Source: Chiloscyllium plagiosum (lineage: Eukaryota). From it: 58,085 nt of DNA. Shown here one piece after another: positions 12,685 to 26,540 of this stretch (position 1 is the first letter of the stretch; every line of letters begins with the position of its first letter). The stretch is from positions 91,996,372 through 92,054,456 of the forward strand of contig NC_057719.1 in the NCBI RefSeq assembly GCF_004010195.1, in the 5' to 3' direction. The translations under genes and the position numbers were made by a program. The notes below the pieces were generated by a model that did no database searches, was not told the origin of the DNA, and saw only the letters and a program-made list of their open reading frames with translations.

Positions 12685-14430
12685 TTCATAGAGTCATAGA
12701 GTGCTACAGCACTGAGACAAACCCGTGGGGCCAAACTGGTCCATGCTGACCGAAGTATCCATCCACACCAACCCCATTTCCCTGCACTTGGCCCATATCC
12801 TTCCAATCTTTTCCTATCCATGTATTTGTAATGCCTTGTACATCCTCATCCGAAGCATTCATATAGATTACAAACAGTAATGGGACCAGCACCAACCCCT
12901 GAGACACTCCACTAGTCACAGACCTCTGTTTCCTACCATCAAGCCAATTGTGTATCCAATTTGCTAGCTCCTCCTGGATTCCATGCAATCTAACCTCCCA
13001 GAAAAGACTACCGTGTGGAACCTTATCAAAGGCCTTACTGAAATCCATACAGACTACATCTACTGCCCTGTTCTTGTCAACCTTCCTGGTCACTTCATCA
13101 AAGAACTCTAAACATTTGTGAGACATCATCTCCCACGCACAAAACCATGCTGACTATTAATCAAAGACTATTAATCAAACCCTGCCTTTCCAAATGCATG
13201 CATATCTTACCCCTCAGAATCATCTCAAGTAACTTACCGACCACAGATGTTAAGCTTACTGGTCTATAGTTCCCAGGATTTTCCTGCAGCCCTTCTTGAA
13301 TAATTACACAACATTCACTACCCTCTAGTCTTCTGGGACCTCACCCGTGGCTAACGATGATGCAAAAATATCAGCCAGGGCCCCCGCAATTCCTTCTCTA
13401 GCCTCTTGCAGTGGTCTTGGACTGGACCAAGAGATTTATCCACCTTCATATATTCTAAAACATCCAACACCTCCTCTACTGTCAAATGGACTGTCCTCAA
13501 GATATCACCACTAACTTCCCCAAGTTCCCAAGACTTCATGTCTTTCTCTATGGTAAACACAGAGAAGAAATTTTCATTGAGAACCTCGCCCATCTCATGC
13601 GATTCTATCATTCATGCTTACCTTGGTCCTTCAGGGTCCCGAACCTCTTTGGATTCACTCTAATGGTTTTAGACAAGGCTATCCGTGCCCCCTTTTCACC
13701 TTCCGATTTCCTTCTTCAGTAAACTCCTGCATGCCTTACATACCTACAGGAATTCCCTTGATCCCAGCTGCCTGTACCTGAGCCAAGCCTCCTTTTTTCT
13801 GGTCAAAGCTTCAATATCTCTTGTCATCCAGGTTCCTTATTCCTGTTAACCTTGCCCTTCACCCTCACAGGAACATATAGACCTTGAATCCAGCTATCTC
13901 ACTGTTATAGAACTCCCACTTGCCAGAGGTCTCTTTGCCCGCAAACAGACTACTCCAATCAACTCCTGCAAGCTCCTGTCTAATTCCATCAAAATTCACC
14001 TTGTCCCAGTTTAGAACGTAAACCTGTGGAGTTTTGTTCCTCCCCATCACTATTTTAAATTAACAGAACTCTGGTCAGTGGTGTCAAAGTGCCTCAGGCA
14101 CCTGTCCTGTCCTATTTCCCAAGAGTAGGTCAAGATTTGCCCATTCCCACATAGGATCCTCTGTATATTGCTTGAGGAAACTTTCCTGAACGCACTGAAC
14201 AAATTCCACCCCATCTAAACCCTTAACACTCTGGCAGTCCCAGTCTATGTTCGGAAAGTTAAAATCCTCTATGACAACCCTCTTGCTCCTGCAGGTCTCC
14301 CCAGCCTCCCTGCAGATTTGTTCTTCTAATTTCTATTGACTATTTGGGGGCCTATAGTACAATCCCAATAATGTCACCATCCCCTTCATATTTCTTAGCT
14401 CTACCCACAAAGCCTCACTGGACGATCATT
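12685..14430 (-). mobile_element. CR1 ORF2 fragment with internal deletions
   Basis: DFSKAFDKVPH, EVLNENFFSVFT and APE-region similarity. Confidence 0.88.
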
Positions 14431-14699
14431 CCTTCTTCTGAATCATATGACTGGAGGTATATTTCCTTTATCTCTGCCCTGGTTATACTTATTTTTACTA
14501 TCTTTTCCTGGGACTCCACAAAGGGCAAATAAGAGGCAAGGAGAAAGGTAAATTACTCCCACCTCCCTGATATGTGAAACTCAGATTGTATTTCCCCCTA
14601 ATGTTCTGAGTTCCATTGCAAGTCCTCATGCTGTCAATTCTCGCTTCAACTGGCTTGGGATTGTTCTTTTATTTCTTTACGTTCCCAACCATGTAGAAT

Positions 14700-15770
14700 T
14701 AGAAAAGTCATAGAGTCTTACAGCAAAGATGAGGCCTTTCAGCCCATCATGTCTGCCCTGGCTCTTCGAAAGAGAGATTGTATTTAGTCCCACAGTTCCT
14801 TTTACATTCTGCAACACTGAGTTGCCCATTCCCAATTACCTGTCCAACATGCTGTTAAAACTCTTTCTGGAATGAGCTTCCAGGTACAGTTTCCTAATCC
14901 TGATATTGTAAATCTATAATCTCAGTTTGTTGATCCACTTGTCCAGTGCACACATGATGGTTTGAATGGCTTCCTTCCACCCTCGTTACAATTCCGTGAT
15001 TCTATAAGGAACACTTTGTTTCCATGTTTACTCAATTAAAACTTTTCCTTGCATTAAAAGTCTCTATTAGATCAGTGCTTAGCCAAGGAAAGGAGTGCTA
15101 ATGTTTTCAACCTCTCCTCGTAAGTCTCGAGTTTCTGGTGCCTGGAATTTTTATAATCCAGTACTCCATTGATAAATCCAAGTGGTCCAAAGGTATTTTC
15201 AAGAATGTTATCAATTTGCTAATTCCATCATAAAGGAATGTGCCTCTGCTCATCTAAACTTCTCAAAATTATGACATCTATTGTCTAGCCGTATGATCTT
15301 TCAGAACTGCACTACCGTCACAATTCCCTGCATTTAACTCACCTGTCACGCTTCTGTCCAATTCACCATCCTGTCACTCACAATCCATGTCATGAACAAC
15401 TACTTTACAAAAGTTCCCTATTATTTAAAAAACTGCTCTCTACACCCAAGTCTAGATCATTTATAAATTAACTGAAATAAGCAACGGATCCAAAACTCAT
15501 CCCTGGGGAACACCATCTCATCCCTGGCGAAATGCACCTGACACGCATCAATCTCTTGCTTCCTGTCACTGAGCCCAATTTATATAATACTGCCATTTTC
15601 TCCTTGGTTGAATGCCTTCCAAAAGGCTATATAAACAACATATACCTTGATCCGTCCTCCCTATTGCCTCTCGAAGAGTTTAATCAAATTTATTAGACAT
15701 CATATGCTTCTAGTAAATCCATGCTGGTTGTCACTTATTAACCCAAGCCTTTCCAAAGGGAAGTGATAAT
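14700..15770 (-). mobile_element. Ancient CR1/L2-like remnant
   Basis: Decayed 3' tail (tagagtcttacagc...cctttcagcccatc) and ccctggggaacacca (GVPQG, antisense). Confidence 0.55.
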
Positions 15771-16472
15771 GGGGGTGCCAGTTACTTCAGTTGGCTAGTG
15801 TATCGTTTAGAATAATGGCAACTGCACAGGCTTCTATTCCTGCTCTGACTGAGGCAGTCTTGAGGCCTGCTTCCTCATTCAGTCCCATAGTAAAATCACG
15901 GTATAAGCTATGGTTCAGTAAGACTTGAATAATTAAGAATGGTACCTGGGAAAGAAATATGGTTTCCATTCATTTATTCACCACAAAAGGTAGACATACC
16001 AGCCTATAGTTTCCTAGTTTATCGCCTCCCCTTTCTAACTGTCTCGTTCTCTGCTACTCCTGAATCCAAAGTGGATTTTAAGATTAAGATACAGAATGTC
16101 TCTGCGATTTCTATATTTGCTTCTTACAGCAGTCTAGGATGCATCCCATCTGAACTAGGTTACTTTCCAACTTTCAGTGACACGTGTCTCTTTAGTCTAC
16201 CTTCTTTAGTTATTATCCAGCCCATAACTTCCCCCTTATTTTAATATATATTGTAACCTATACGGGAAACCCCTACCAAACCATGGTCATATACCAGACT
16301 CACAATACTAGACGCAATATAGACGCACTGTTGGAAGTATCATTTCTCAGGTGACATTTTAAAATGAGGCCTTATCTTCCTTTTGGTAGTTGATGTAAAA
16401 GAAATTATGGCACTATTTTGAAAAGGAACATGGGAGTTATACCTAATGTTCTGTCCAATGTCTCCCCCTCGG

Positions 16473-16745
16473 TGTGATGCTGCTGCTCCTTTAACAAGCT
16501 TATGTTGTCCTCGTTTTTTTTCCCCAAGTCTAAAGACACAGGTTCTGAAATGTCTGGGATTGTTCTGCTTGAAAAGGCTTTCAAGTTTTAAAAAAAACTT
16601 GTACAATGAAAGGGGTGTGCCAGGTCTCCCAGCTCAGCTTTGCTCTGGGTTTGGTTTGGCTTTAGCATGCAGTCAGTTGCTGGAACCCAAAGAAGCAAGC
16701 CCATGCTGATCCTCCCTCTGACATCTCTCCTGTAAGACCCTGTGT
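16473..16745 (+). mobile_element. Putative 5' LTR (partial) of the downstream Gypsy element
   Basis: Starts with TG and lies just upstream of gag. Its 3' part and the PBS appear replaced by a Penelope insertion. No partner LTR is present to confirm it. Confidence 0.4.
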
Positions 16746-17400
16746 TGAGAGATAAATGGGCGGGGGCTGGGGGTAAGGTAGCTGGGAATGTGATAGGTAG
16801 ATGAAGGTAGGGGTGAAGGTGATAGGTCAGAGAGTAGGGTGGAGTGGATGGGTGGGAAGGAAGATGGACAGGTAGGACAATTCAACAGGGCAGTGCCGGG
16901 TTGGAAGGTTAGGACACATGCACTAAACAACCCCACCGCCCGGTGGCTGAACACTTTAACTCCCCCTCCCACTCTGCCAAGGACATGCAAGTCCTGAGCC
17001 TTCTCCACCGCCAAACCCTAACCACCAGTCACCTGGAGGAAGAACGCCTCATCTTCCGCCTTGGGACCCTCCAAGCATACGGGATCAATGTGGATTTCAC
17101 CAGTTTCCTCATTTCCCCTCCCCCCCCAACCCAGATACAACCTTCCAACTCCGCACCACCCTCATGACCTGTTCTACCTGTCCATCTTCCTTCCCACCTA
17201 TCCGCTCCATCCTCCTCTCCAACCTATCACCTTCACCCCCATCTTCAACTACCTATTGCCTTCCAAGCTACCTCCCCGCCCAGCCCCAACCCCCTCCCAT
17301 TTATCTCTCAGCCCCCTCGGGCCACAAGCCTCGTTCCTGATGAAGGGCTCGAAACATTGATTCCCCTGCTGCTCGGATGCTGCCTGACTGGCTGTGCTTA
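16746..17400 (+). mobile_element. Penelope-like element 3' end (GIY-YIG C-terminus plus pLTR) with an inverted 5' segment
   Basis: ORF 16943..17167 HFNSPSHS...EERLIFRLGTLQAYGINVDF. 16746-16910 is an inverted copy of about 17139-17310. pLTR ctgatgaagggctcgaaac at about 17337. Confidence 0.85.
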
Positions 17401-17419
17401 AACAGTGTTTGGAATAGCA

Positions 17420-20400
17420 ATGGCTCTTTCAGTCACAAAGAGTTTTCTGGGGGTGGAAAAAGCAACTTTGGGGATTTTACAGAAGGTGAATAAGGCCAGG
17501 CTTCTAGAATTATTCCAGTGGGCGGCACGGTGGCACAGTGGCTAGCACTGCTGCCTCAGCGCCAGAGACCCGGGTTAAATTCCCGCCTCAGGCGACTGAC
17601 TGTGTGGAGTTTGCACATTCTCCCTTTGTCTGCGTGGGGTTCCTCCGGATGCTCCGGTTTCCTCCCACAGTCCAAAAATGCGCAGGTTAGGTGAATTGGC
17701 CATGCTAAATTGCCCATAGTGTTAGGTGAAGGGGTAAATGTATGGGGAATGGGTCAGGGTGGGTTGCGCTTCGGCGGGTTGGTGTGAACTTGTTGGGCCG
17801 AAGGGCCTGTTTCTACACTAAGTAATCTAATCTAATTAGCAGGCAACCTGGAGTTGGAACTGCCGCCTTCCATGGAAGGAGAGATAAATTACAGCAATAG
17901 CTCAGCATTTAAATTTGCTGGAAACACCATCAGAATCTTTAGAGATGGCTAAAATTCAATTGAAAATTAAGCAGCTTCAGTTAGAGGCAAAAGACAAGGA
18001 AACGGCAACAGAAATGAAATGGTTTGAATTACAATTAAAAGCAGTGGAAAGAGAAAAAGAATGAATTGCTTTAGCAGAACAAAAAGAAAAAAAAGAGAAA
18101 AGAACGAAGGAGAGAGAGAAAGAGAGGAGGGAGAGAGAAGGCAGAAAGAGAGAGAGTTTGAACTTCTGAATTGACACTTAAACAGGAAAGTCAGCTTAAA
18201 AGGATGGAGATGAACGCTGAAGGTAAGCCTAGTGAAAAAGAGAGTGAGGATGAGCAATTCCATGGTAGCCAAAGGCCTGATGAGAAACTGTTATAATATT
18301 TTTAACCATTGCCTAAATTTGATGAGAAAGATGTGGAAGCCTTTTTCATCTCATTTGAAAAGATAGCTAAACAAATCTGGTGGCCAGTGACCGCCACGTT
18401 TGATCCAAGCAAAACATGTAGATAGAGCTAGTGAGGTATTCACATCACTATCAGAGATGGGGGGGGGGGGGGGGTATGAGGAGGTGAAGAAAGCCATCTT
18501 AAAGTACATATGAGCTTGGGGCAGAAGCCTCCAGTTTCAGGAATCTAAGCAGATACCCTGGTCAAACCTACATTGAGTTTGAAAGGATCAACCCAAGTAA
18601 TTTTGATAAGGTGAATGAGGGCATTAAAAATAAATCCTGGAGAGATGATTATTTTGGAGGAGTTCAAACATTCACTTCCTGATGTAGTGCGAACTCATGC
18701 GGAAGAGCAAGAGAGTTAAAACGGCAAGAGTTGCAGCTGAAATGGCTGATGACTATGATTTGGTCCAAAAATTCAAAGTTTGGCTTCTAAAATCAATTTC
18801 AATACATGAGGGATAGAAATTGAGGAAAAGAGAAATCTTCACACTGAAAGGGAAAGGTAGATCTCGGTGAAGATCATAAGGATAACTTACCAACGGGGAA
18901 AAAGGAAACCCTTGAAGGGGAAAGAGAAGTTAAAAAGCTCCGATGTTTTCACTGCAATAAAATAGGCCACATGAAATCACAGTGTTGATGAGTTAGGAAA
19001 AACAGTGGTAAGATGAATGTAGGAAAACAGGAGAAGCCAGTGAATTTTGTTGGAGTGGTAAAGGAAAGCCCAGTGCAGACTACAAAGCTGCACCAGAATG
19101 GACAACCTGGTTGGAGGTTGTTTAAGGAGGAAGTGCCAGATCTTCTTAAACCACATACCTGCGAAGATGAAGTTTACGCACATAGGTCAGGAGTAGCAAG
19201 TAAAGAGGTTACAATATTAAGAGATACAGGATCCTCTGAATCTTTGATGTTGAAAGATGAGGAGATATGTACCTCTGAAGGACTATTGCCAGAAAAGGTA
19301 CTAGTAACAGGAATTCATGGTGAGACAAGAAGCACTCAATTATGTAGTGTGAGGTTAGAGTATCCAGTGAACAGTGGAGAAGTACTGAACAAACTCTCAG
19401 CTCCAGGAATACAGTTTGTCCTTGTTAACGTTATAGCTGGTTCACAGGTAGAAGTGCTGCCTACAGTGGTTGAAAGGCCAGTGGAAACTCAGGTAACTGA
19501 ACTATTGCAGGACTTTTCCCGACTGTATGGTAACTAGATCATTAAGTCACCAGTTGAAAGAGGAGAGATCAAAGAGTACAGATAAGAAAGTTGAATTGGA
19601 ATCAGCAGAGTACCTGTTGATCAAATGGTTGAGACAACCAGGAGCAGATGAGTGATGAAGCAGACATCTTCAGCTCAGATAAATTAACTGAATTACAGCA
19701 GAAAGATGAAAATGTAAAACGATTGTATCAAAAGGCATACACGGAAGAAGAATCTGAATGTATTCCTGAATGCTACTATCTTAAAGATGATGTCTTAATG
19801 AGGAGATGGAGACCATCACATATTCAGGCAGATGAGAAATGGACAGAAGTTTACCAAGTCGTTTTGCTAGTGGGTTATAGAACAGTGGTATTGCATGTGT
19901 GGGGCACATGAACTACCAATAGAGGGTCAGTTAGGGGTGAGAAAATCCCAAGCTAAAGTACAAAACCTGGTCTGGACTGCAAAAGGATGCAGTTGAATTT
20001 TGCGAGAAATGTCATATATGTCAGGTAATTGGAAAACCACAGGTAATAATAAAACCTGCACCTTTAATACCTATTCCTACATTTGAGAAACCTTTTACAA
20101 GAATCTTAATTGATTGCATATGAGTCCTACTTAAAACAAAAAGTGGGAATCAGTATTTGTTAACAATAATGGAGGTGTCCACTACATTTACATGAGGCCA
20201 TTTCATTATGCAATATCACTGCTAAAAGGATTATAGAGGAGTTACTCAAATTTTTCACTAGATACGGACTACCCACAGAGATACAATCAGATCAAGGGTC
20301 AAACTCCATATCAAAATTATTCAAGCATGTTATGGACAGCTTAGGAATAAAACAATTCAATTCTACTGTGTACCATCCAGAGTTTCAGGGAGCACTAGCA

Positions 20401-21750
20401 AGGTGGCATCAAACATTAAAGACCATGTTGAGGGCCTATAGTCAAGATTTTACAGATGATTGCGATAAGGGAATTCCGTTTGTAGTTTTTGCAATCAGAG
20501 GTGCACCAAATGAATATACCAAATTCAGTCCATTTGAATTAGTTTTTGGACATGAAGTGAGGAGTCCATTAAAATTGATTAAGGAAAAATTGGCAAGTTA
20601 AAATTCAGAGATCACATATTTGGGAATGATTAAATAGAGCGGGGTAGTGGTTAGACAGCATTTAAAAACATTACAGCATACAGTGAAACAGGAAGCAGAC
20701 AAAGAATCAAAAATTCGCAATTTTGCAATCGAGGATAAGGTGTTTGTGTTACTTTCTGTGATAAGCGAACCTTTCAAAGCAAGGTTTAGTGGACCTTATG
20801 AAGGTGAAAGGAAATTGAATGAGGTGAACTATTTCATAAGGACTCCAGAATGAAAGTAGTATCGTGTGAATATGCTCAAAAGGTATTTTGACAGGGAAGG
20901 TAAGCCAAAGAAGACTGTATTATTGATTACAACGCAGAGTGAAAAACCAAGTTCAGAGCATTCTGAATTGGACATTCCTCAAGTTAAATTGGACAATGAG
21001 GAAATTGTCACAAATTGGAATAAATTATTGAGTTACCTTTCAGACATAAATTGAAATAACCTGAAAGTGTTATTACGATCACATGGGGAAATATGTGGAA
21101 ATAAGCTGGGAAGTACTAACCTAATTGTGCATGATGTAGATATAGGAGATGCTGTTCCTATTAAGCAACATCCTTACAGGCATAACCCTCTGAAGTTGGC
21201 ACAGGTTCAAAAGGAGATTGAACGCATACTCCAAGATGACATAACCACTTTGGTTATGACTGGAGCTCACCCATAGAAATGGTGCCAAAACCAGATGGTA
21301 CCCAACAGTTATCTGTGGACTATTGCAAAGTCAATGCAGTTACAAAGACTGATACATATTCGATTCTGCATTTAGAAGGCTTTGTTGAAAAGGTGGAACA
21401 ACCAATTTATATTTCTAAGTTGGATTTGCTCAGAGAATACTGGCAGGTACCTTTCTCCGAAAGAGCGAAGGCAATTTCAACTTTCGTAAAACAGAATGGA
21501 TATATCAGTTTAAAGTCATGCTGCTTGGTATGAAAAATGAACCAGCCACATTTCAGAGACTATACAATAAGGTCATTTCCGGATTACACAATTGGATAGT
21601 TCATATTGATGACCTGGTGATTGACTTCCGGAGGCAGGTTTGGTGAAAAACCTGGCTAAAAGCGAATTTACAATAGCCCAAGTCACCTTCCTGTGCCATG
21701 TTATTGGACATGGACAAATGGTCCCATGGAATGCAAAAAAAACACAAGTG
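17420..21750 (+). mobile_element. Decayed Gmr1-type Ty3/Gypsy retrotransposon internal region (gag-PR-IN-RT), 3' truncated
   Basis: gag ATG at 17420. LPKFDEKDVEAFF, zinc knuckle CFHCNKIGHMKSQC (18944-18985), protease LRDTGS (about 19220), integrase (CEKCHICQ, QSDQG, YHPEFQGALARWHQTLK), then RT (PIKQHPYR, VPKPDG, SKLDLL, HIDDL about 21605). Many stops and frameshifts. Confidence 0.92.
17519..17835 (+). mobile_element. HE1-type SINE inserted in the Gypsy gag
   Basis: Full consensus with a (taatc)n tail. gag reads ...RLLEL before and AGNLELEL after it. Short aatta duplication. Confidence 0.92.
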
Positions 21751-22939
21751 CCCCAGTCTTTTTGGGTGAGCGAACTCCCAGATCTCTACATCTTTTGGTG
21801 TAAAGAAGGGCTTTCTGACATCACCCTTGAATGACTCAACTTTAATTTTACAATGATGCTCCTTTGTTTACAACTGTTAAATGGAGGAAATAGTTTCTCT
21901 CTATTTACCTCATCAAATTCTTTAACCACTGTAAAATCCATAATCAGTTTACCTTTCAATCTTCTACACTCAAGTATCTAATATCCAGTTCAGATCACAT
22001 GCAAGAAGCAAGCACCAATGCTTGACAGATGTCCTTCACATTGTTAAATTTACAATAAGAAATCGCATTACAAGAAGAAATAATTGCCAGCTCTAAACAG
22101 TGTCTAAGGGCCCACAAAACATAAAGGAATGTTTTTAATTGTGTCACTGTAATCTATGTACTGATCAACTATTCAACTCTGCACCGATTATATAGACCAG
22201 GGAGGCTCTGTTTTACCGTTGGGCTAAGTAGGCTGATCCTGACTGCTCACTGGTGGCAGTGTGACACTGGCCCTCAGTAAACCTGACCTAGGAAGGGAGG
22301 TTAGAGTAAAAATAGAGTAATCAAAGTCTCTGACCTTCAATGGTTGTTCGTGACCCAACCTTAACCAGACGTAGAGATGTACAGGGATTGTACTCCACTC
22401 CCCACACATAACCTAGGGTCTTGATGTAGGCCTCAGGCTTTATTGACATATTGTTGGAGTTTACCATCTCTTCAGTCAGCTTGCACAGTGCCATTATCAG
22501 ATCATGTGTCCCACTGGAGTGGCCAGTACCCAAATACAAGAGGATTACCAATATTCCCAAGGAGTCCTGAAGAACTGAAGGTTAATCATGTGAACATAAC
22601 TGCAGGAGAAAACTGCTAGAAAATATCAAACAAAATTAGGGAGTTTTGGATAGTTCCATTTATTATTTTCTGTAATGTTGGGAGATGAGAACACAAATGC
22701 CATTTCACCAACAGTAGGATTACTGAGTGAGAGAGATTTGGTAACAAATTCTATTTTTCATCAGCTCTGGGAGGCAGAATGCCCAGAGGGTAGACTGATG
22801 TTGGGATGGTTTGAGCAGGACAGCTTGAGGCAATAGACCACGTGAGGAAAGCTCCAGAAACATACGCAGCCAAATTTGACAAACCAAATTCCCACTCCTG
22901 GTGGGCGAGGGGAGCTATTTTTCTCTTTACCTACACAGT

Positions 22940-23752
22940 CGAGGAGTGGCAGATGGAGTTTAATTTGGATAAATGTGAGGTGTTGCATCTTGGTAATACA
23001 AGCAAGGACAGGACTTATACAATTAATGGAAAGGCCCTGAATTGTGTTATAAAACAGAGGCACCTAGAAGTTCAGGTAGATAATTCTTTGAAATTTGCAT
23101 CACAAGTAGACAGGGTGGTTAGGAAAGAGTTTAGCACGCTTGCCTTCATTGCTCAGACCTTAGAGTAGAGCAGTTGGGGCGTCATCTTGAGGTTGTACAG
23201 GGCATTGGTGAGACCTATTCTGGAGTACTGTGTGCGCAGTTCTGGTCGCCCTGTCACAGGAAGGATATTTTTAAACTGGGGAAGGTTCATAAAAGGCTAC
23301 CAGAATGTTGCTGGGAATGTAGGGTTTCAGATATTAAAAATAAACTGGAAAGGCTGAGACCTTTTTCACTGGAGTGTAGGAGCTTGGGGTGACCTTATTG
23401 AGGTTTATTAAAATCATGAGGGGCATAGATAAGGTGAAGGACAAGAGTCTTTTCCCTAGAGTGGGGGAGTTTAGAACTAGGGGCATATTTTTATGGTGAC
23501 AGGTGAAAGATCTAAAAAGGAAATGAGGGCAACTTTTTTTTTTTTTACAGAGAGTGATTCGTGTGTGTATGAACTGCAAAAGAAACAAGGTGGATGCAAC
23601 AAGAAATTTGGACAGGTTCATGAATAGGAAAGGTTTGGAGGGAAGCCAGCCAAGCACAGGTAGGTGGGAATGGTTTTGTTTGGGAACATGGTCAGCTTGG
23701 ACTGGTTGGATCGAAGGGTCTGTTTCCATTTAATCTGAATGACTCTATGACT
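22940..23752 (+). mobile_element. CR1 3' fragment
   Basis: WQMEFNLDKCEVLHLG, QFWSPCHRKD and a ctatgact tail. Confidence 0.88.
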
Positions 23753-24051
23753 TTATATAAATTTGAAATAAAAACGTACCTGCAGTTAGTTGCAACGTAG
23801 ATGTAGCATAGGCAAGGGGCCAGAAAGCTGCTTTAGGCAGTTGCTATGAAACAAGACAAATTTTCGAAGTGCAAAATGCACAGACCATCTCATGGCTAAA
23901 ACCATCAGCATTACAACCAATTCAGATCTGAAACAGGCACAAGTAACACAACATCTATCCTTTGTCTTCAAGAGAGAAGGAGATGAGAGAATTTAGTGTC
24001 AGGGCTTTGCAATCATTAATAGGAAAAGATGACATGGGAAAGTTATTCAGC

Positions 24052-24057
24052 TTTATT
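24052..24057 (-). terminator. Candidate DNAL1 polyadenylation signal (AATAAA), giving a 3'UTR of about 650 nt
   Basis: First minus-strand AATAAA (plus strand tttatt) that I found after the stop codon, in AT-rich non-repeat sequence. Confidence 0.4.
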
Positions 24058-24697
24058 AGTTACCAGAATAAATCATTTTTCACAAGATAGCACATTTTTA
24101 CAACATCTTCTGATAAATAATTCTGTATAAAACAGATAAAAAGCACTTTACAAAAACAAGGCAATTACTTAAAAATCTGGACTGGTCTTAACAGGAGATG
24201 CAGAGGTTGCTGTTTTGTATGAGAAGCAAGAGCAGGGGAAGGTCCTAGTGCAAGAGTAACATTACACTTCCAAGCTACTTAACTGCATTATAACAACATT
24301 CTACACTTAATTTATAATTACAAATAAGTTAAAACTAAATTAAAAATCAAAATCCAAATACAAGCAAATGTTCATCCCTATAGTCAAAAAGTAGTAATAA
24401 ACTAACACACTGCAAAACTATTTTTAAAAATAATTACGTCCTCTCGCTGAAGTGAATCTTTGCCATTAGAAACTCAAATCATTAGGAGCTGGTCACTGGA
24501 TTCAGGTGAATTCACTGCTTCCACAAACAACCACAAGTCATAATTTAACACAAAAGAACATGCTAGGAATGCTTGAGAATACAACAGCTAGTGAGCAGCC
24601 TGGGTGTTTGTCCAGCCACGATGAAAGATGGAGAAAGTGCAATGGTGGTGGAGAACATTGGGAGGTCTTTCCCACATCAGCCATTATGATGTGGGCA

Positions 24698-24741
24698 TTA
24701 GTCTTCAGCCTCTTCTTCCACTTGTTTAATGACAGGTACCC
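24698..24741 (-). CDS. DNAL1: DNAL1 last coding exon: (G)VPVIKQVEEEAED*
   Basis: aaatttag acceptor, phase 1 in frame with the previous exon, TAA at 24700-24698. The acidic tail resembles human GTPVIKGDEEEDN. Confidence 0.93.
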
Positions 24742-25088
24742 CTAAATTTACAAGAGATTACATCATCAGTAAAATTGCTGGGTGGCTTTCCAACAACCTG
24801 AGGTGATGCTGACCATTCTGAAGAAGGAAAGCACATGTACACAGACCATATTTTGCCAGAGTATACTCCTGTGAAAGGTCCTGGGATGTTTTAGTGCAGT
24901 GACGGTGATTTACAAATGCACATTGCTGATTCAACCCTTTCATTTATAGCAACCTTATAATGTCACTCATACTGTTTTGTGAAAGGATTCAGATTAAATT
25001 ATATTGATACACCACACATTTCCCTTGTGCTTTCATGTGGATGAATTATTTATCTTTACAACAGGGTTAGCAGATAAACTAAACATAC

Positions 25089-25229
25089 CATCCAGCTTCT
25101 TCAACCTAGTGAGCCTCTTTGTTGCTTCATCCACCCAGATGCCTTCAGCTGAGCACTTCTCTTCAATAGGGTTTCCTACGAAGACTAGGTCGACCAGGTT
25201 GGGAAGATCAGCCAATTTTCCAAATTCAG
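25089..25229 (-). CDS. DNAL1: DNAL1 coding exon, 141 nt: (A)[46 protein letters not shown](G)
   Basis: catttag acceptor and gtatgt donor. Overlaps ORF 25033..25215. Motifs LVFVGNP and LKKLDG. Confidence 0.97.
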
Positions 25230-26540
25230 CTAAATGTTAAAAGAAGGATACAATCAAAGTTGTGCGCTTACAACAGACAGAGAGGTGGGTCAGATCAGCA
25301 TGTGAGATTTTAGAGAGGGCAGAAATGAAGGCAGTGTCAGAAGAGACTTTTAACTTGATTTCATGCAGGGATCTTGAGGGTATTGTACATGGGAAACCCA
25401 GAAGTAAAGTGCTGCACTACTATCAAGGGCTTTTTACCCAATCATTTACATCAGACTTTCAGATTTCTTCAAAAATTAGACAGAGTGGGCATGATGATAA
25501 CCCAAAAAGGTGGAAGTTGATGAATTCTGGAGCTGGAGACTGGACTGTCAGAAAGGTTAAATGGTAGAGCTCTGTCGCTCGCTTTAGTGATACCTCCCTG
25601 GATGTCATTAATGTTTGGGGACTAAGACCCCACAGATAGATACAGTTTATTAATAATCAGAGGAAACATTTGCTGAAATTGGGGTAGGGTGGCTGGAGAG
25701 TGTGAAGTGACACTCAATACAGTGATAAACAATGATTTAATGACCTCATTAGTGCAAAAAAAGACAGATTTAATGGCACATTTAATTATAAATCTGACTG
25801 CATCACCTGAACTCCTCAGTGTGCCTTCTCAAGCCCTCCTCCACACTTCATTGCTCACACCAACATAATTTGCAGCTGCACACATCCTTTGACTGCATAT
25901 TTCCTCACATCCACACTGACAATCACCCTTACCTTAATCTCTCATAGTAAACCCTCATCCATCTGTTCAATACACACGATTACTCTCACTCAGTGGAGTA
26001 TTCTTTCCCTCTGTGCAGGGAAAGGAGAGCACAGAAAGGAGATAGCATAGAGCAATAGGGTATACAACACTCACTGAAAGACGTAATGTCAGTGAAATAT
26101 TACCATGTACATAATGATCAAGTAGAATATTCTTACCGACTTTAATCCACGGCTTCAATCCCCCAGAGACTGAGAAACGTATTGCATGAAATGGGGTGGG
26201 AGACCGATGGGAACTTCTTAGAGGAGTTTACACGTTCTGGAAGGTTCAATGTTACATGCACCAAACCAGACATACATTTCAGTGGATGTTCATTTCTGTG
26301 ATACATTCGAGTAAGAAAGATAGGGTTTTCATCTAACGTCTCAGTTATCACGCGAACAAGAGTGAGTGAATGGTAGCAACAGAGACAATAATGGGAGATC
26401 CCACATGGAGGTTGCAGGAGACTGGGACTCAGTTGGACAAAGATACTGAATCTAGGATTCACTGATGAGGGGGTTATTTCTAGAGCAGAGTATCAAACTA
26501 CAAAGTATCAAACACCACAATAAAGTGTGTACATCGAGTA

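Noticed and set aside
13152..13179. 14-bp tandem duplication gactattaatcaaa
   Set aside because: Trivial slippage inside a dead CR1.
17519..17590. tRNA-like A and B boxes
   Set aside because: These are HE1 SINE heads, not tRNA genes.
17967..18272. Hydrophobic membrane-like ORF
   Set aside because: Antisense of the purine-rich E/K/R coiled-coil region of Gypsy gag.
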